This document shows, piece by piece, positions 18,562-28,300 of a stretch of 46,476 bases of DNA. Where the stretch lies: assembly GCA_031425655.1 (NCBI GenBank), contig JANPJS010000092.1, positions 1 to 46,476 on the forward strand, read 5' to 3'. How positions within the stretch are numbered: the first letter of the stretch is position 1; each line of letters begins with the position of its first letter. The translations under genes were made by a program, and so were the position numbers. The notes under the pieces are model-generated. The model saw only the letters and a list, made by a program, of their open reading frames with translations. It searched no databases and had not been told where the DNA came from. Source of the stretch: Abditibacteriaceae bacterium (lineage in GTDB: Bacteria; Armatimonadota; Abditibacteriia; Abditibacteriales; Abditibacteriaceae).

Positions 18562-18619
18562 AACGCGAATGCGAGGCGCGATGTAAAATTCCGCACTCGG
18601 AATTCCGCACTCCGCACTT
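18562..18619. repeat. Inverted heptamer array (agtgcgg family) right of Uma2
   Basis: aacgcga atgcgag gcgcga ... attccgc actcgga attccgc actccgc actt. Confidence 0.85.
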
Positions 18620-18620
18620 G

Positions 18621-20090
18621 TTACATCGGAGCGCCGCGCCGCAAGAAAATCTGCGCGTGTTCGATGGCTTTGGCAGAAAACGAGAACGCTTTGCCGACTT
18701 CGATGCAGCCACGATTCGACGGCAAAACTTTCGACGGATTTAATGTATTGCCGGGATTGAAAACGCGGCGCACGTCGCGCATCGCCGAAAGCGTGTCGGG
18801 CGTGAAAGCGTATTCCATCAGCGAGAGTTTTTCGACTCCGATGCCGTGTTCCCCCGTCGCGCTGCCGCCCCAATCTATGCAGCGGCGCAGGATTTCTTCG
18901 CCCGCTTCGAGCACAATCGGCAGTTGCGCCGGGTCGCGCTCATCGAACAAAATGCACGGGTGCATATTGCCGTCGCCGGCGTGAAACACATTGGCGACGC
19001 GCACGCCGTGCCGGTTGGCGATTTCTTTAATCTCGCGCAGCATCGGCGCGATTTTTGAGCGCGGCACCACGCCGTCCTGCGTGACATAACTGGGTGTAAT
19101 GCGTCCAATCGCGGCAAAAGCGCCTTTGCGTGCCGCCCACAAAAGTTTGCGTTCTTTGTCGTCTTTGGCGCGGCGAACTTCCCTTGCGCCGCGCTCGTGA
19201 CAAATCTGCGCGGCGCGCTCGTATTCCTCATCGGCGGCTTCTTTTAAACCGTCGGTTTCGATCAAGAGAATCGCGGCGGCATCGAGCGGAAAACCTAATT
19301 TATAGGCGGCTTCGATGGCCGGAATGAAGACATCGTCCAACATTTCGAGCGCGGCGGGAATAATGCCCGCGCCGATGATGGCCGAAACGGTTTCGGCTGC
19401 GGCATCGAAATCATCGAAAATTGCCAGCATGGTGCGCGTGGTTTGCGGCACGCGCGTCAATTTGACCCACGCTTTGGTTACGATGCCGAAAGTGCCTTCG
19501 CTGCCAACTGCGACGCCGGTCAAATCGTAGCCGGGCGTGCCTTCGAGACCGCTTCCCAGCCACACGATTTCGCCGTCGGGCAAAACCATCTCGACGCCCA
19601 GCGTGTGATTGACCGTGATGCCGTATTTCAGCGTGTGCGGCCCGCCCGAATTGTTGGAAATGTTGCCGCCGATAGTGCTGGCCGCTTGGGACGACGGGTC
19701 GGGCGCGAAGCAAAAACCGTAAGGCGCCGCGAACTGCGTGAGATGCAGATTCACTACGCCGGGTTCGACAAGCGCGCGGCGATTGGGAATGTCCACTTCT
19801 AAAATGCGGTTCATGCGCGTCAATGCGACCATAATCGCGCCCGATTCGGCCATCGTGCCGCCGGCCAAGCCTGTTCCCGCACCGCGCGGCACAATCGGCA
19901 CACCGTTGCGGTCGGCGCAACGCACGACAGCCGCGACTTGCTCGGTCGAAGACGGCAAAACCACGACTTCCGGACGCCGCTTGAACGCCACGCAAGCATC
20001 GCATTCGTAAACCATCAGTTCATCGTCGCGCGAAATCACCGCGCCGTCGCCGACGATGGCGCGCAATTCGGAAAGCAGTTGAGGATTCAT
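18621..20090 (-). CDS. glcD: Glycolate oxidase subunit GlcD-like FAD-linked oxidase
   Basis: PRGAGTGLAGG, APDPSSQ..STIGGN...NSGGPH.LKYG, GSEGTFGIVT, FHAGDGNMHP, GEHGIGVEK. Start moved to MNPQLL (ATG 20090). Confidence 0.88.
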   Translation of the reverse strand: MNPQLLSELRAIVGDGAVISRDDELMVYECDACVAFKRRPEVVVLPSSTEQVAAVVRCADRNGVPIVPRGAGTGLAGGTMAESGAIMVALTRMNRILEVDIPNRRALVEPGVVNLHLTQFAAPYGFCFAPDPSSQAASTIGGNISNNSGGPHTLKYGITVNHTLGVEMVLPDGEIVWLGSGLEGTPGYDLTGVAVGSEGTFGIVTKAWVKLTRVPQTTRTMLAIFDDFDAAAETVSAIIGAGIIPAALEMLDDVFIPAIEAAYKLGFPLDAAAILLIETDGLKEAADEEYERAAQICHERGAREVRRAKDDKERKLLWAARKGAFAAIGRITPSYVTQDGVVPRSKIAPMLREIKEIANRHGVRVANVFHAGDGNMHPCILFDERDPAQLPIVLEAGEEILRRCIDWGGSATGEHGIGVEKLSLMEYAFTPDTLSAMRDVRRVFNPGNTLNPSKVLPSNRGCIEVGKAFSFSAKAIEHAQIFLRRGAPM

Positions 20091-20102
20091 GGAATAGATT
20101 TT

Positions 20103-20232
20103 CTCTCGTCCTGCCCAGAGGGCACCCGACGCCAAGCCGCAAAGAAGGGCAGTTTTGGGTGCTGCGCTTCAAATTGCGCGGTAGTTTTTGCTTTTCAATG
20201 TTTTTCTTCGCGGCTTGGCGTCTTTGCGAGAG
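20103..20232. repeat. Inverted nonamer-type repeat (cgcaaag-nc family) with a 20-nt insertion in its left arm
   Basis: ctctcg[tcctgcccagagggcaccc]gacgccaagccgcaaag ... cttcgcggcttggcgtctttgcgagag. Confidence 0.8.
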
Positions 20233-20233
20233 A

Positions 20234-20878
20234 TTATTTTTGAAGCCGAGTCACGGTTTCCTGGCGCGCGGCGAAGCAGAGTGCGATGGCTAATGCGTCG
20301 GCCACGTCGGGCGGTTCGGGGATAGCGGCAAGACGCAGGCGCGCTTTGACGGCGGCTTGCACCGCGCTTTTTGAGGCGTGTCCGTTGCCTGCGATGACTT
20401 GCTTGACTTCGTTGGGCAAAAACGAGTGAACCGGCACGTTCGATTGCTGCGCCGCTAATAGAAAAACGCCGCGCGCCTGAGCCATGAGCAGCGCGCTGCG
20501 CGGGTGCTGATACATCGAAAACAATTCTTCAATGACCACAACTTCGGGCTGAAATTCTTCGATAATCTCGCACAAACCTTTAAACAGCGTTTGCAATCGC
20601 AACGGCATCGCATCCGTGGCTTTGGCTTTGAGAAAACCTGCTTCGACCATTTGAGGAAGTGACGAGTGACGAGTGACGAGTGACGAGTCTGAATTCGTCA
20701 CTTGTAATTCGTCATTCGTCACTCGAATCAGGCCGTAGCCGGTGCGATGCAAGCCGGGATCAACGCCTAAAATCAACGAGGCGTGCGGCAGATTTTCCAA
20801 ACGTCGTGCGCGCTTTTCCTGCGAACCGTCGCCCGCGTGCGAGGAAGTGGGAATTGTCGGCAGAGGGCGGGTTTTCAT
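20234..20878 (-). CDS. ruvC: Holliday junction resolvase RuvC with an in-frame repeat-derived insertion
   Basis: ILGVDPG..TGYGLI, VVIEE, QARGV, VKQ.IAGNGHASK..VQ, PPDVADALAIA. The start codon is uncertain. Confidence 0.93.
   Translation of the reverse strand: MKTRPLPTIPTSSHAGDGSQEKRARRLENLPHASLILGVDPGLHRTGYGLIRVTNDELQVTNSDSSLVTRHSSLPQMVEAGFLKAKATDAMPLRLQTLFKGLCEIIEEFQPEVVVIEELFSMYQHPRSALLMAQARGVFLLAAQQSNVPVHSFLPNEVKQVIAGNGHASKSAVQAAVKARLRLAAIPEPPDVADALAIALCFAARQETVTRLQK
20658..20725. repeat. Inverted heptamer array (agtgacg family) inside ruvC
   Basis: (agtgacg)x4 ... attcgtc acttgta attcgtc attcgtc actcg. Confidence 0.9.
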
Positions 20879-20920
20879 AGATAACATCGGCAATGTAGAA
20901 AACGCTTTGCTGTGGAGCTG

Positions 20921-21030
20921 GGAACCCTCCCCTAACCCCTCCCGTAGGAGGGGAACACGCGTTTTCCTTTCAAGTTTGGCCTTGAGCAGCGTGAATTCCC
21001 CTCCTACGGGAGGGGTTAGGGGAGGGTTCC
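20921..21030. repeat. REP-like palindrome with perfect 35-bp arms (CCCTCCCCTAACCCCTCCC type)
   Basis: ggaaccctcccctaacccctcccgtaggaggggaa at 20921-20955 and its exact reverse complement at 20996-21030. Confidence 0.9.
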
Positions 21031-21054
21031 GCCAGCAGCAAAAATGGAATCTAT

Positions 21055-22374
21055 TCAGGTTACGTCGTCGGGTTTGCGGATCAGTTTTAGCGGAATCGTC
21101 TTTTTTGCGCCTTCGTGCCAGAGTTCGATTTTGACTGTATCGCCGGCTTTCTTCTTCGCGATTTGCGCTTCAAGGTCGTCGGCGCTTTTAATGGGTTGCC
21201 CGTCCAACGCGCGCAGCACGTCGCCTTCGACCACGCCGGCGCTCACTGCCGGCGATTTCGCGTGAACGTCTTTGACCAGAACGCCCTGCTTGTCGGGCAA
21301 GCCGAATTCGGCTTTGAGCGTGTCGGTAATGGTTTCGGTGCCGATGCCTAAAAATGGATAATCCACGCGCCCTTTGGCCAGCAATTGGTCGGCGATGGCT
21401 TTGGCTTTGGTGATGGGAATACTGAAACCCAGCCCGGTGCCGATGCCGTAAATCGCCGTGTTGATGCCGATAACTTCGCCGTTGATGTTGCACAAAGGCC
21501 CGCCGCTGTTGCCCGGATTAATGGCGGCGTCGGTCTGGATCATGTCTTTCAACTGATGCTTGCCATCCTGACTTGTCGGCACCGGAACGCTGCGTCCGAC
21601 AGCGGAAACCACGCCCAGCGTGACCGTATTGGCCTGTGCGAACGGGTTGCCGATGGCAATCGCCCACTGGCCGATTTGCAGATCATCGCCGCTTTTCATC
21701 GGCGCAAGTTTGGCTTCGGCGGGCGGCTTTTTGCTGAGCCTGACGACAGCCACATCGCTGCTGCGGTCGCGTCCGATGAGCTTGCCGCTGAATTTCTGGC
21801 CGTCGCGCGTGGTGACTTCGATTTTCTTGGCGCCCACACCGCTTTGCGGGTCGGTGACGACGTGCGCGTTGGTCAGCATGATGGCGCGCTCTCGATCAAT
21901 GATGACGCCGGTGCCTTTGCCGGCGCGCGGGCCTTGACCAGCGCCGGGATCGGGCAAAAATTCGCTGCTGCCTTTGGACGGTGCCAGTTCGGTGTCAATG
22001 TTCATCACGGCGGGCGCGACTTTGGCCACAGCCTCGACGATGCGCTCCTGCTCGCCTCTGCCGGAGAAGCCGCCCGACGGGCCGCCGGGCGCGATGAGCG
22101 GGCCACGTCCGCCTAATATCATGCCGAATCCGATGAGCGCGCAGGCTAAAACGCCGCCGCCGAGCATCGCTAAAATCGGATTGGTTGGCGACGGCGTTTT
22201 AACCGCAGGCGTCGTCGGCCCGCTGCCGCCGGGCAACGGCGCTTCGGGCACCATAATGGCGGCGCGCATCGGCGTTGCGGATTGCGTTTGCGGCGTCGGC
22301 GACAAACTTTGTGGCGGCGATGGTTCTGGCGTCGGAGCCGGTTCGGGCTTGGGAAAGGAAAACGGGTCGTTCAT
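21055..22374 (-). CDS. HtrA/DegP-like trypsin serine protease with one PDZ domain, membrane anchored
   Basis: LTNAHVV, SDVAVV and IQTDAAINPGNSGGPL catalytic triad motifs; C-terminal PDZ; Pro-rich N-terminus and TM helix. Confidence 0.94.
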   Translation of the reverse strand: MNDPFSFPKPEPAPTPEPSPPQSLSPTPQTQSATPMRAAIMVPEAPLPGGSGPTTPAVKTPSPTNPILAMLGGGVLACALIGFGMILGGRGPLIAPGGPSGGFSGRGEQERIVEAVAKVAPAVMNIDTELAPSKGSSEFLPDPGAGQGPRAGKGTGVIIDRERAIMLTNAHVVTDPQSGVGAKKIEVTTRDGQKFSGKLIGRDRSSDVAVVRLSKKPPAEAKLAPMKSGDDLQIGQWAIAIGNPFAQANTVTLGVVSAVGRSVPVPTSQDGKHQLKDMIQTDAAINPGNSGGPLCNINGEVIGINTAIYGIGTGLGFSIPITKAKAIADQLLAKGRVDYPFLGIGTETITDTLKAEFGLPDKQGVLVKDVHAKSPAVSAGVVEGDVLRALDGQPIKSADDLEAQIAKKKAGDTVKIELWHEGAKKTIPLKLIRKPDDVT

Positions 22375-22387
22375 GGAAGTTGTATGG

Positions 22388-22460
22388 AGCGGGGCTGACG
22401 CCCTCTTCCAAACATTGAATGCTCAAACCAACCTGTTTGGAAGAGGGCGCCAGCCCCGCT
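22388..22460. repeat. REP-like inverted repeat in the protease leader
   Basis: agcggggctgacgccctcttccaaaca / tgtttggaagagggcgccagccccgct (27 bp, 1 mismatch). Confidence 0.85.
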
Positions 22461-22509
22461 ATGCTGAATCTCAGTTTAATCGTTAAGGCACATACGACGC
22501 TTTTATGAA

Positions 22510-25083
22510 TCAGGGCGCGCGTTTGAGCGATGCGCTGATGTCGGCGGCGAGTTCTCTGGCTTTGGCGGCTTCGCCCAATCGTCCGGCGTGTTCGAAGCTT
22601 TGCGCCGCCGTGGAAATATAATTGACCGCGTTGCGAAACGCCGTGCGGTCGTCGCTGACATAAGCCAGTTCGCCCCACGCCAGTCCGGTTTGCAAATTGG
22701 TTTGCGCAAACTGAAGCGGCGTGTCTGCTTCGTTGAAAACGCGCAATGCGCCAACGAAACACGACAGGGCCGCGCGCAAATTTTCACCGCGCTCGCCACC
22801 GGGCAGCTCCGCCATCGCGTTGCCCGTCGCGCTCATCAATTCGGCCCATTCGCGCGGCGTTTCCGCTTCCTTGAAAACGCGCTGAGCGGTTTGAAAACAC
22901 GCGAGGGCGCGTTCCAAGTTGCGCGCTCGTCCGCCGCTCTGAGCTGCGACGTAGGTTTCGCCCATTTGCATTTGAATGCGCGCCCATTCTCGCGGATGGC
23001 GGCTTTCCGAATACAAACGCAGCGCTTGCTCGTAGCAGGAAATCGCGCGGCCCAGATAATCGTAAGGCCTGGAGCCGGAGGTATCGAGCGCCACTAAATC
23101 GCGGTGCGCGGCGGCCATGTGAATGTGGATTTCGCCCCATTCGCGCGGCGCGGCTTGCGGTGTGGCCACGCGCAGCGCCGCGCGATAGCGTTCGATGGCC
23201 GCTTTTAGATACTCGTGCTTCGCGCCTTCGCTGCATTCGCCCGCCAAAGCGCGCTGCACAGTGCCCATTTCGATTTGTGTTTGCGCCCATTCGCGCGGAA
23301 ATTCATCGCTGGTGAAAACGCTGAGCGCGCTTTCGTAATGCGCCAACGCTAAGGCCAAAGCCGGCGACCGCGTCAAAAAAGGCGTGTCGAGCAGGGCTTT
23401 GGCTAAAGTTGCGTGCGCCCGCGCCCACACTTTGGCTTCGATGCTTTCCAGGTCGCGCTCGTCTAAGGCGATTTCGCCCCACCAACTGAGAATTTCACGC
23501 GCCCTCGCCGCGCTTTGGGGCGAAGTTTCGCCTTGTTTCAAGGCTTCTTCGTGTAATTTTGTCCATTCTTCCAACGCGCCTTTGGGGTCAATGGCCCATT
23601 TGTGAAACCAGACTAAAGCTTCCTGGCCGCGCTCGCTCCAATGATGAGAAAAGTTCAAATGCGCTTCAAGGGTTTGGTCGCGGCGCTGTTGTTCGAGCAA
23701 AACGCCACGCACCGCCGGCTCAATGCGCCAGCAACCGTCGCCTTGATCTTCGACGAACGAAAGTTCGGTAAAGCGTTCCCAGTTGCGTTGCCAGGCATCG
23801 TCGGAAAGGCCATGCGAGGCCGGAGCCGCTGCCGCATCGCAGCGCGGCGTGAGCGCAATTTCAGTCAACCAATCGGCCTGCTCGGCATCACGAAACGATT
23901 TTAAAAACAGGTTGCACAGCTTTTTGCCCGGCCCTGCGGAGGAAACCAAAGCGAACGAGGCCGCGCCCGGATCGGGCTTGCCGGCACGCCGCGCGTTTTG
24001 CACGGTATCGGCGCATAAGGCCAGCCACAGCGGCAGGCTGTCGCCCAACTGGCGGTTCGTCCACTGATTGAGAAAACCACCGCTCAGGCCGGGCGATGAG
24101 CTGCGCATAATGGCGCGCTGCAACGACGAAGGCGCTTCGGGATGCGATGGCCCGATGCCGCAGCGCGCTAAAAAATCCTGCGCCTGCGTCGGCGTCAATC
24201 CGCCGATTTCCGGCTGTTCCAAATCTGTTTTTGTCCAGTCGCCGTCGTTGCCGGCCCACGGCAGCGGCTCGCGCGCTCCGATCACTAAAAGCACGCCTTG
24301 CATCAGGCAAAATGCGGCCAATTCGCGCACCCAACCGTCCACATGATGCGCGAATTCCGGCAGCAGCACTTGTTCGCCCGGCCACAGCGATTCGTAGGAA
24401 TCGAGAAACAGCACGCCTGCGATGGCCTTGCCGGGACGGCCCCAAAACCCAGCGCCCAAGTCGCGGGCGAAATAATCTACCAACTCCATAGCCACGTTCG
24501 GATTGTTGTCCGCCACGCGCCGCACCAGCGATTGAATAATGGGCAGGCCGTCCTCGCCGAGGGCGAGCCAGAAATTGGCGCCCGCGGCAAGGCTCGCTTC
24601 TTTATTGAGCTGCGTGTGAGCGCTTTGAGGATGCGCCAACATGGCCTTTGCCAGTTGATACAATGGCTCCAGCGACGGGCACCACGCCAAAAACGGCGAG
24701 GCGTCGTTGGCTTCTGCCGCTAAAATCAGCGCGAGACATAAATCGTAGCGCGGAAAGCGCAGTCCGAAATTCTCCTGCAACGTCACGCGCCACGAAGTCA
24801 GCACTTCCCGATAGGCTTGAGGCCGGTCGTTGACGTTGCGCAAATTGAACCACGCGTGCGGAATCGGCGGCACGACATCCTGCAATCCGGCGTGCAGAGC
24901 GCGCAGCAGCATGGATTTTCCGCAGCCTGTCGGGCCATGAAAAACCAGCACGCGACCGCGTTCGTCGCTTTCGGCTTCCACATAATGCCGAAACGCCGCG
25001 ATTTGCTCTTCGCGCCCGACGAAAACCGACGCCGGAAGCGGAGAGGGCAGGGTGGAATTTGGCGCAGGTAATATCTCGCTCAT
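22510..25083 (-). CDS. STAND-like P-loop ATPase with C-terminal TPR repeats
   Basis: FVGRE, Walker A GPTGCGKS, Walker B VLFLDSYE; about 5 TPR units of the form ALxxFxxxxxPREWAxxQxxMG. Confidence 0.82.
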   Translation of the reverse strand: MSEILPAPNSTLPSPLPASVFVGREEQIAAFRHYVEAESDERGRVLVFHGPTGCGKSMLLRALHAGLQDVVPPIPHAWFNLRNVNDRPQAYREVLTSWRVTLQENFGLRFPRYDLCLALILAAEANDASPFLAWCPSLEPLYQLAKAMLAHPQSAHTQLNKEASLAAGANFWLALGEDGLPIIQSLVRRVADNNPNVAMELVDYFARDLGAGFWGRPGKAIAGVLFLDSYESLWPGEQVLLPEFAHHVDGWVRELAAFCLMQGVLLVIGAREPLPWAGNDGDWTKTDLEQPEIGGLTPTQAQDFLARCGIGPSHPEAPSSLQRAIMRSSSPGLSGGFLNQWTNRQLGDSLPLWLALCADTVQNARRAGKPDPGAASFALVSSAGPGKKLCNLFLKSFRDAEQADWLTEIALTPRCDAAAAPASHGLSDDAWQRNWERFTELSFVEDQGDGCWRIEPAVRGVLLEQQRRDQTLEAHLNFSHHWSERGQEALVWFHKWAIDPKGALEEWTKLHEEALKQGETSPQSAARAREILSWWGEIALDERDLESIEAKVWARAHATLAKALLDTPFLTRSPALALALAHYESALSVFTSDEFPREWAQTQIEMGTVQRALAGECSEGAKHEYLKAAIERYRAALRVATPQAAPREWGEIHIHMAAAHRDLVALDTSGSRPYDYLGRAISCYEQALRLYSESRHPREWARIQMQMGETYVAAQSGGRARNLERALACFQTAQRVFKEAETPREWAELMSATGNAMAELPGGERGENLRAALSCFVGALRVFNEADTPLQFAQTNLQTGLAWGELAYVSDDRTAFRNAVNYISTAAQSFEHAGRLGEAAKARELAADISASLKRAP

Positions 25084-25397
25084 GGTGAAGGCATCGAGAG
25101 TTTAACCGTCCGCTTTTCGTTAGCGCGATATTGGAAGCGACAATTTATCCCTGTCCCACAGTTTCGGATTGGTTATTCATGTTACGCAGTGGGATGTGTT
25201 AGGTGAGTTGGTTATACCCTAAATTAATGTTGAGACGACGCACAGCTATAATCTGTTGATTTAACGGCGCACCGACACGAAACCGCTTTGTTTTTTTAAC
25301 GAAGGCTTCCAAATTGACAGCGCGAGCCTGGTTCTCAGCGCCATCGAAACCCATGATTAACCAAAGCCCGCTCAATGTGCGGATACGGGGCATTAAC

Positions 25398-28300
25398 ATG
25401 AAACTTTGCAATCACTTTCACATCTTCGCGCTCGGTGCGACCCTATTTTTCTCCATCGGCGCAGCCCACGCCGCGCCGATTACGCGCTCGATTTCCAATC
25501 CTCTGAAGCTGCATTGGCCGCATGAGTTGGTGCATTTCGACGTGCCTGCTACGGGCGTTTCCGATGAAATGTCGGTGCAAATCGGAGAAGAAACACGACC
25601 GGCACAAGTCGAAAAACTCGAAGGCGGCAAGGCGCGCATTTGGTTTATTGCTTCGCTCAAAGGCGGCAACGACGCGCCCAAAGAGCAAGCCGTCACTTTA
25701 GTTGCGGGCAAAAATGCTTCGCCGCTGAAGATTTCGCGCGGCGAAAACTGGATCACGATTGACAACGGCGTTTCGCAGTTTCGCGTCCCCGATTTTGCGT
25801 CGCGCGCCGATTTCAAAGCGCGGCCTTTGAAAGAAATGCCGACCGTTTTAGGCGGTATCAAAGGGCAAAACGAAACCGGCGCTTTTTACGGCAAATCGTG
25901 GTTTGAAAGCGAGAATATCGTCACCAGCGCTCGCACCGAAATTCTCGCGTCCGGGCCGGTCTTCGTCACGGTGCGCGTAACGTATAATTTTGCGCCGCCC
26001 CAAGGCGCGAAACCGGGAACGGACTATTCTTATCAAGCGACGCTGCGTTTCGTGTCCGGCGATGCGTGGATTGACGTCAGCGAAAAATACAATCTGCCCA
26101 CCGACGCGCACTATTGGCTCGAACTCAAAGACGGTTTGGAGCCAGATACCGTGATGTTCGTGCCGTGGTTTTCTTACGAAGCGTTCGGCGGCAATGTTGA
26201 TATGCAATTCACGAAATTGGAGCCGCGCGCCAAGCAGCGCGGGCCGTTCGTGGCGATGCGCCCGCGCTGGAATCAGATGCCGGGCGGCGGTCAGGACTTT
26301 TTCGTGACGCGCGGCGGGCCGTCGCCTTATCGCGCCAAAGACGGCCCTCTCGTGACGCCGCCGAATTACTCGGCGACGGCGCCTGCGGTGGGAATCATCG
26401 CCACTAATCCGATGAAATGGCTTGATCCCTACGCCCAAACCATCAACGCTTACGCCGAAAACGGCACCACGGCTCGACTGAAATTTCCGCTCAAATCCGG
26501 CGCGCGTTCTTATGCGATAGTCGTCGGCCCGCGCGGGCAACTCGATGATACGGGCAAAATCAATTCGCTGGTGCGCCGCCATACCGATTGGACTCTGGAT
26601 GACCAAATCAACAAATACGTCTTGGAATGGCCGCGCAACCCGGACAAGGCCGGGCCGCACATTTTTATCACGCGCGCCGATTTGAAACGCTTGCAGGACG
26701 ATTTTAAAAGCGGAAAAGACACGCCGGAAATGCGCGTTTTGAAAGAATTTGTCGCCAAGAAAGATTCGCTCAAAGGCGCCGACAAAGACTTGTTGAATCT
26801 CATTACGGGCGAACCGGCCAAAAAACCGAATCTGCCCTCGGCGGAGTTATGGTTGCAGCGCCGCTATCAGGACGATTTTCTCAACCCGACCGGCCAAACC
26901 CGCAAAGTCAGCATGGCATTGGCCGATTTGTTCAGCGGCGGACAGCCGATAGGCGGCGCGAGCCAGGCCGCGTTGGGCTATATTTTTTCCGATCTCAATC
27001 AGTGGCCGGGCTACGAAAACGGCTGGGGGCCGGGCAATCCGAATTTTCACACCGATAAATACATGGTGGCGATTATGGCGGGCGCGGCGATGCTCGATCA
27101 TCCCGATTCGTCGAAATGGCTCGCCTACGGCAAGAAAAATTTCGATGAAGACCAGAAAAAGGTGCTGCTCGCGCCTTCGGGTGTGGGCTACGAATGTCCC
27201 GGCTATGCGGGTTACTCGCTCGGTTTGCAAATGGAAATCGCCGAGGTGTTCAAAAACACAGGCTACGGAAATCCGGTTGTCGAAAACCCGCTTTACAAGA
27301 AAACCGGCATTTGGCACCGCCATTTATTGACGCCTCTCGATGTGCGTTTGGGCTTGCGCCACGAAGCGCCGATTGGCGACACGCATCGCTGGAATTCGGG
27401 AGCGCAGGAGAGTTTTGGACGGCTGGCGAAGTTTTATAAAGAGGCCGATCCCGCCTTCGCCGGCGAGATGATGGGCACTTACAAACTGCTGCGAGATCAG
27501 GGTTTGCGCGGCTCACTCCGCTCCGATTTAATCGGCGTAGATTGGAGCGTTGCCCCGACGCCATTGGAAAAAATGGACTGGGGCAGCGGCGAATTTTATG
27601 GCTTCGGCTCGATCATGCGCAGCAATTTCAACACGCCGCGCGAAACCTTCGTTTCCTTCAAAGCCGGCCCCGCGCAGGGCCATTATCACAACGACGAACT
27701 CAGCTACCACTTTTACGGCCAAAACACGCCGCTTTCGCTCGATTACAACTGCTCTTATCACCCGCGCGGCGATCACGCGGCTTTGCACAATTCGATGACT
27801 TTCGGCATCACCAAACCGTTCACGCACGCCGGCGATGCCAAAGCGGTCGAAGCAATGGAACAAATCGGCGGCACGGCGCGCGTCGGCGCGTGGAAAAGTT
27901 CTGCGGTTGCTGATCTCGTTGTCGCTGAGCGCACCAGTGAATCGCTGACGCTGTCGCCGATTTATCCCGATGACGCCAAGTTTCAATATCCCTATCCCGC
28001 CCGCAAAGCGCCGGTTCCCATCACGCACCGGCGCTTTTTGGCTTTGGTTAAGCACGCGCCCGGCAGCAAATTAGCCGATTATTTAGTCGTGCGCGACGAA
28101 ACCCGCTCGGCGGATCGGCAGCAACTCAACATCCATTTATTGGCGCGCGATGCCAAACGTGACGGCCAAATCATCCGCGCGACGGGGCAGTGGAACACCG
28201 ATGCGCTGGTTTATCTGGCGAATCCCAAAGTCGAAAAAGTGGATGTTGGGCGCTGGTATTATTTCGACGAATACATGAGCGGGCCGGGCCAATACGGCGA

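Noticed and set aside
21055..25083. Avs-like STAND plus protease effector system
   Set aside because: The protease is an ordinary membrane-anchored HtrA with PDZ and its own putative promoter, so adjacency alone is insufficient.
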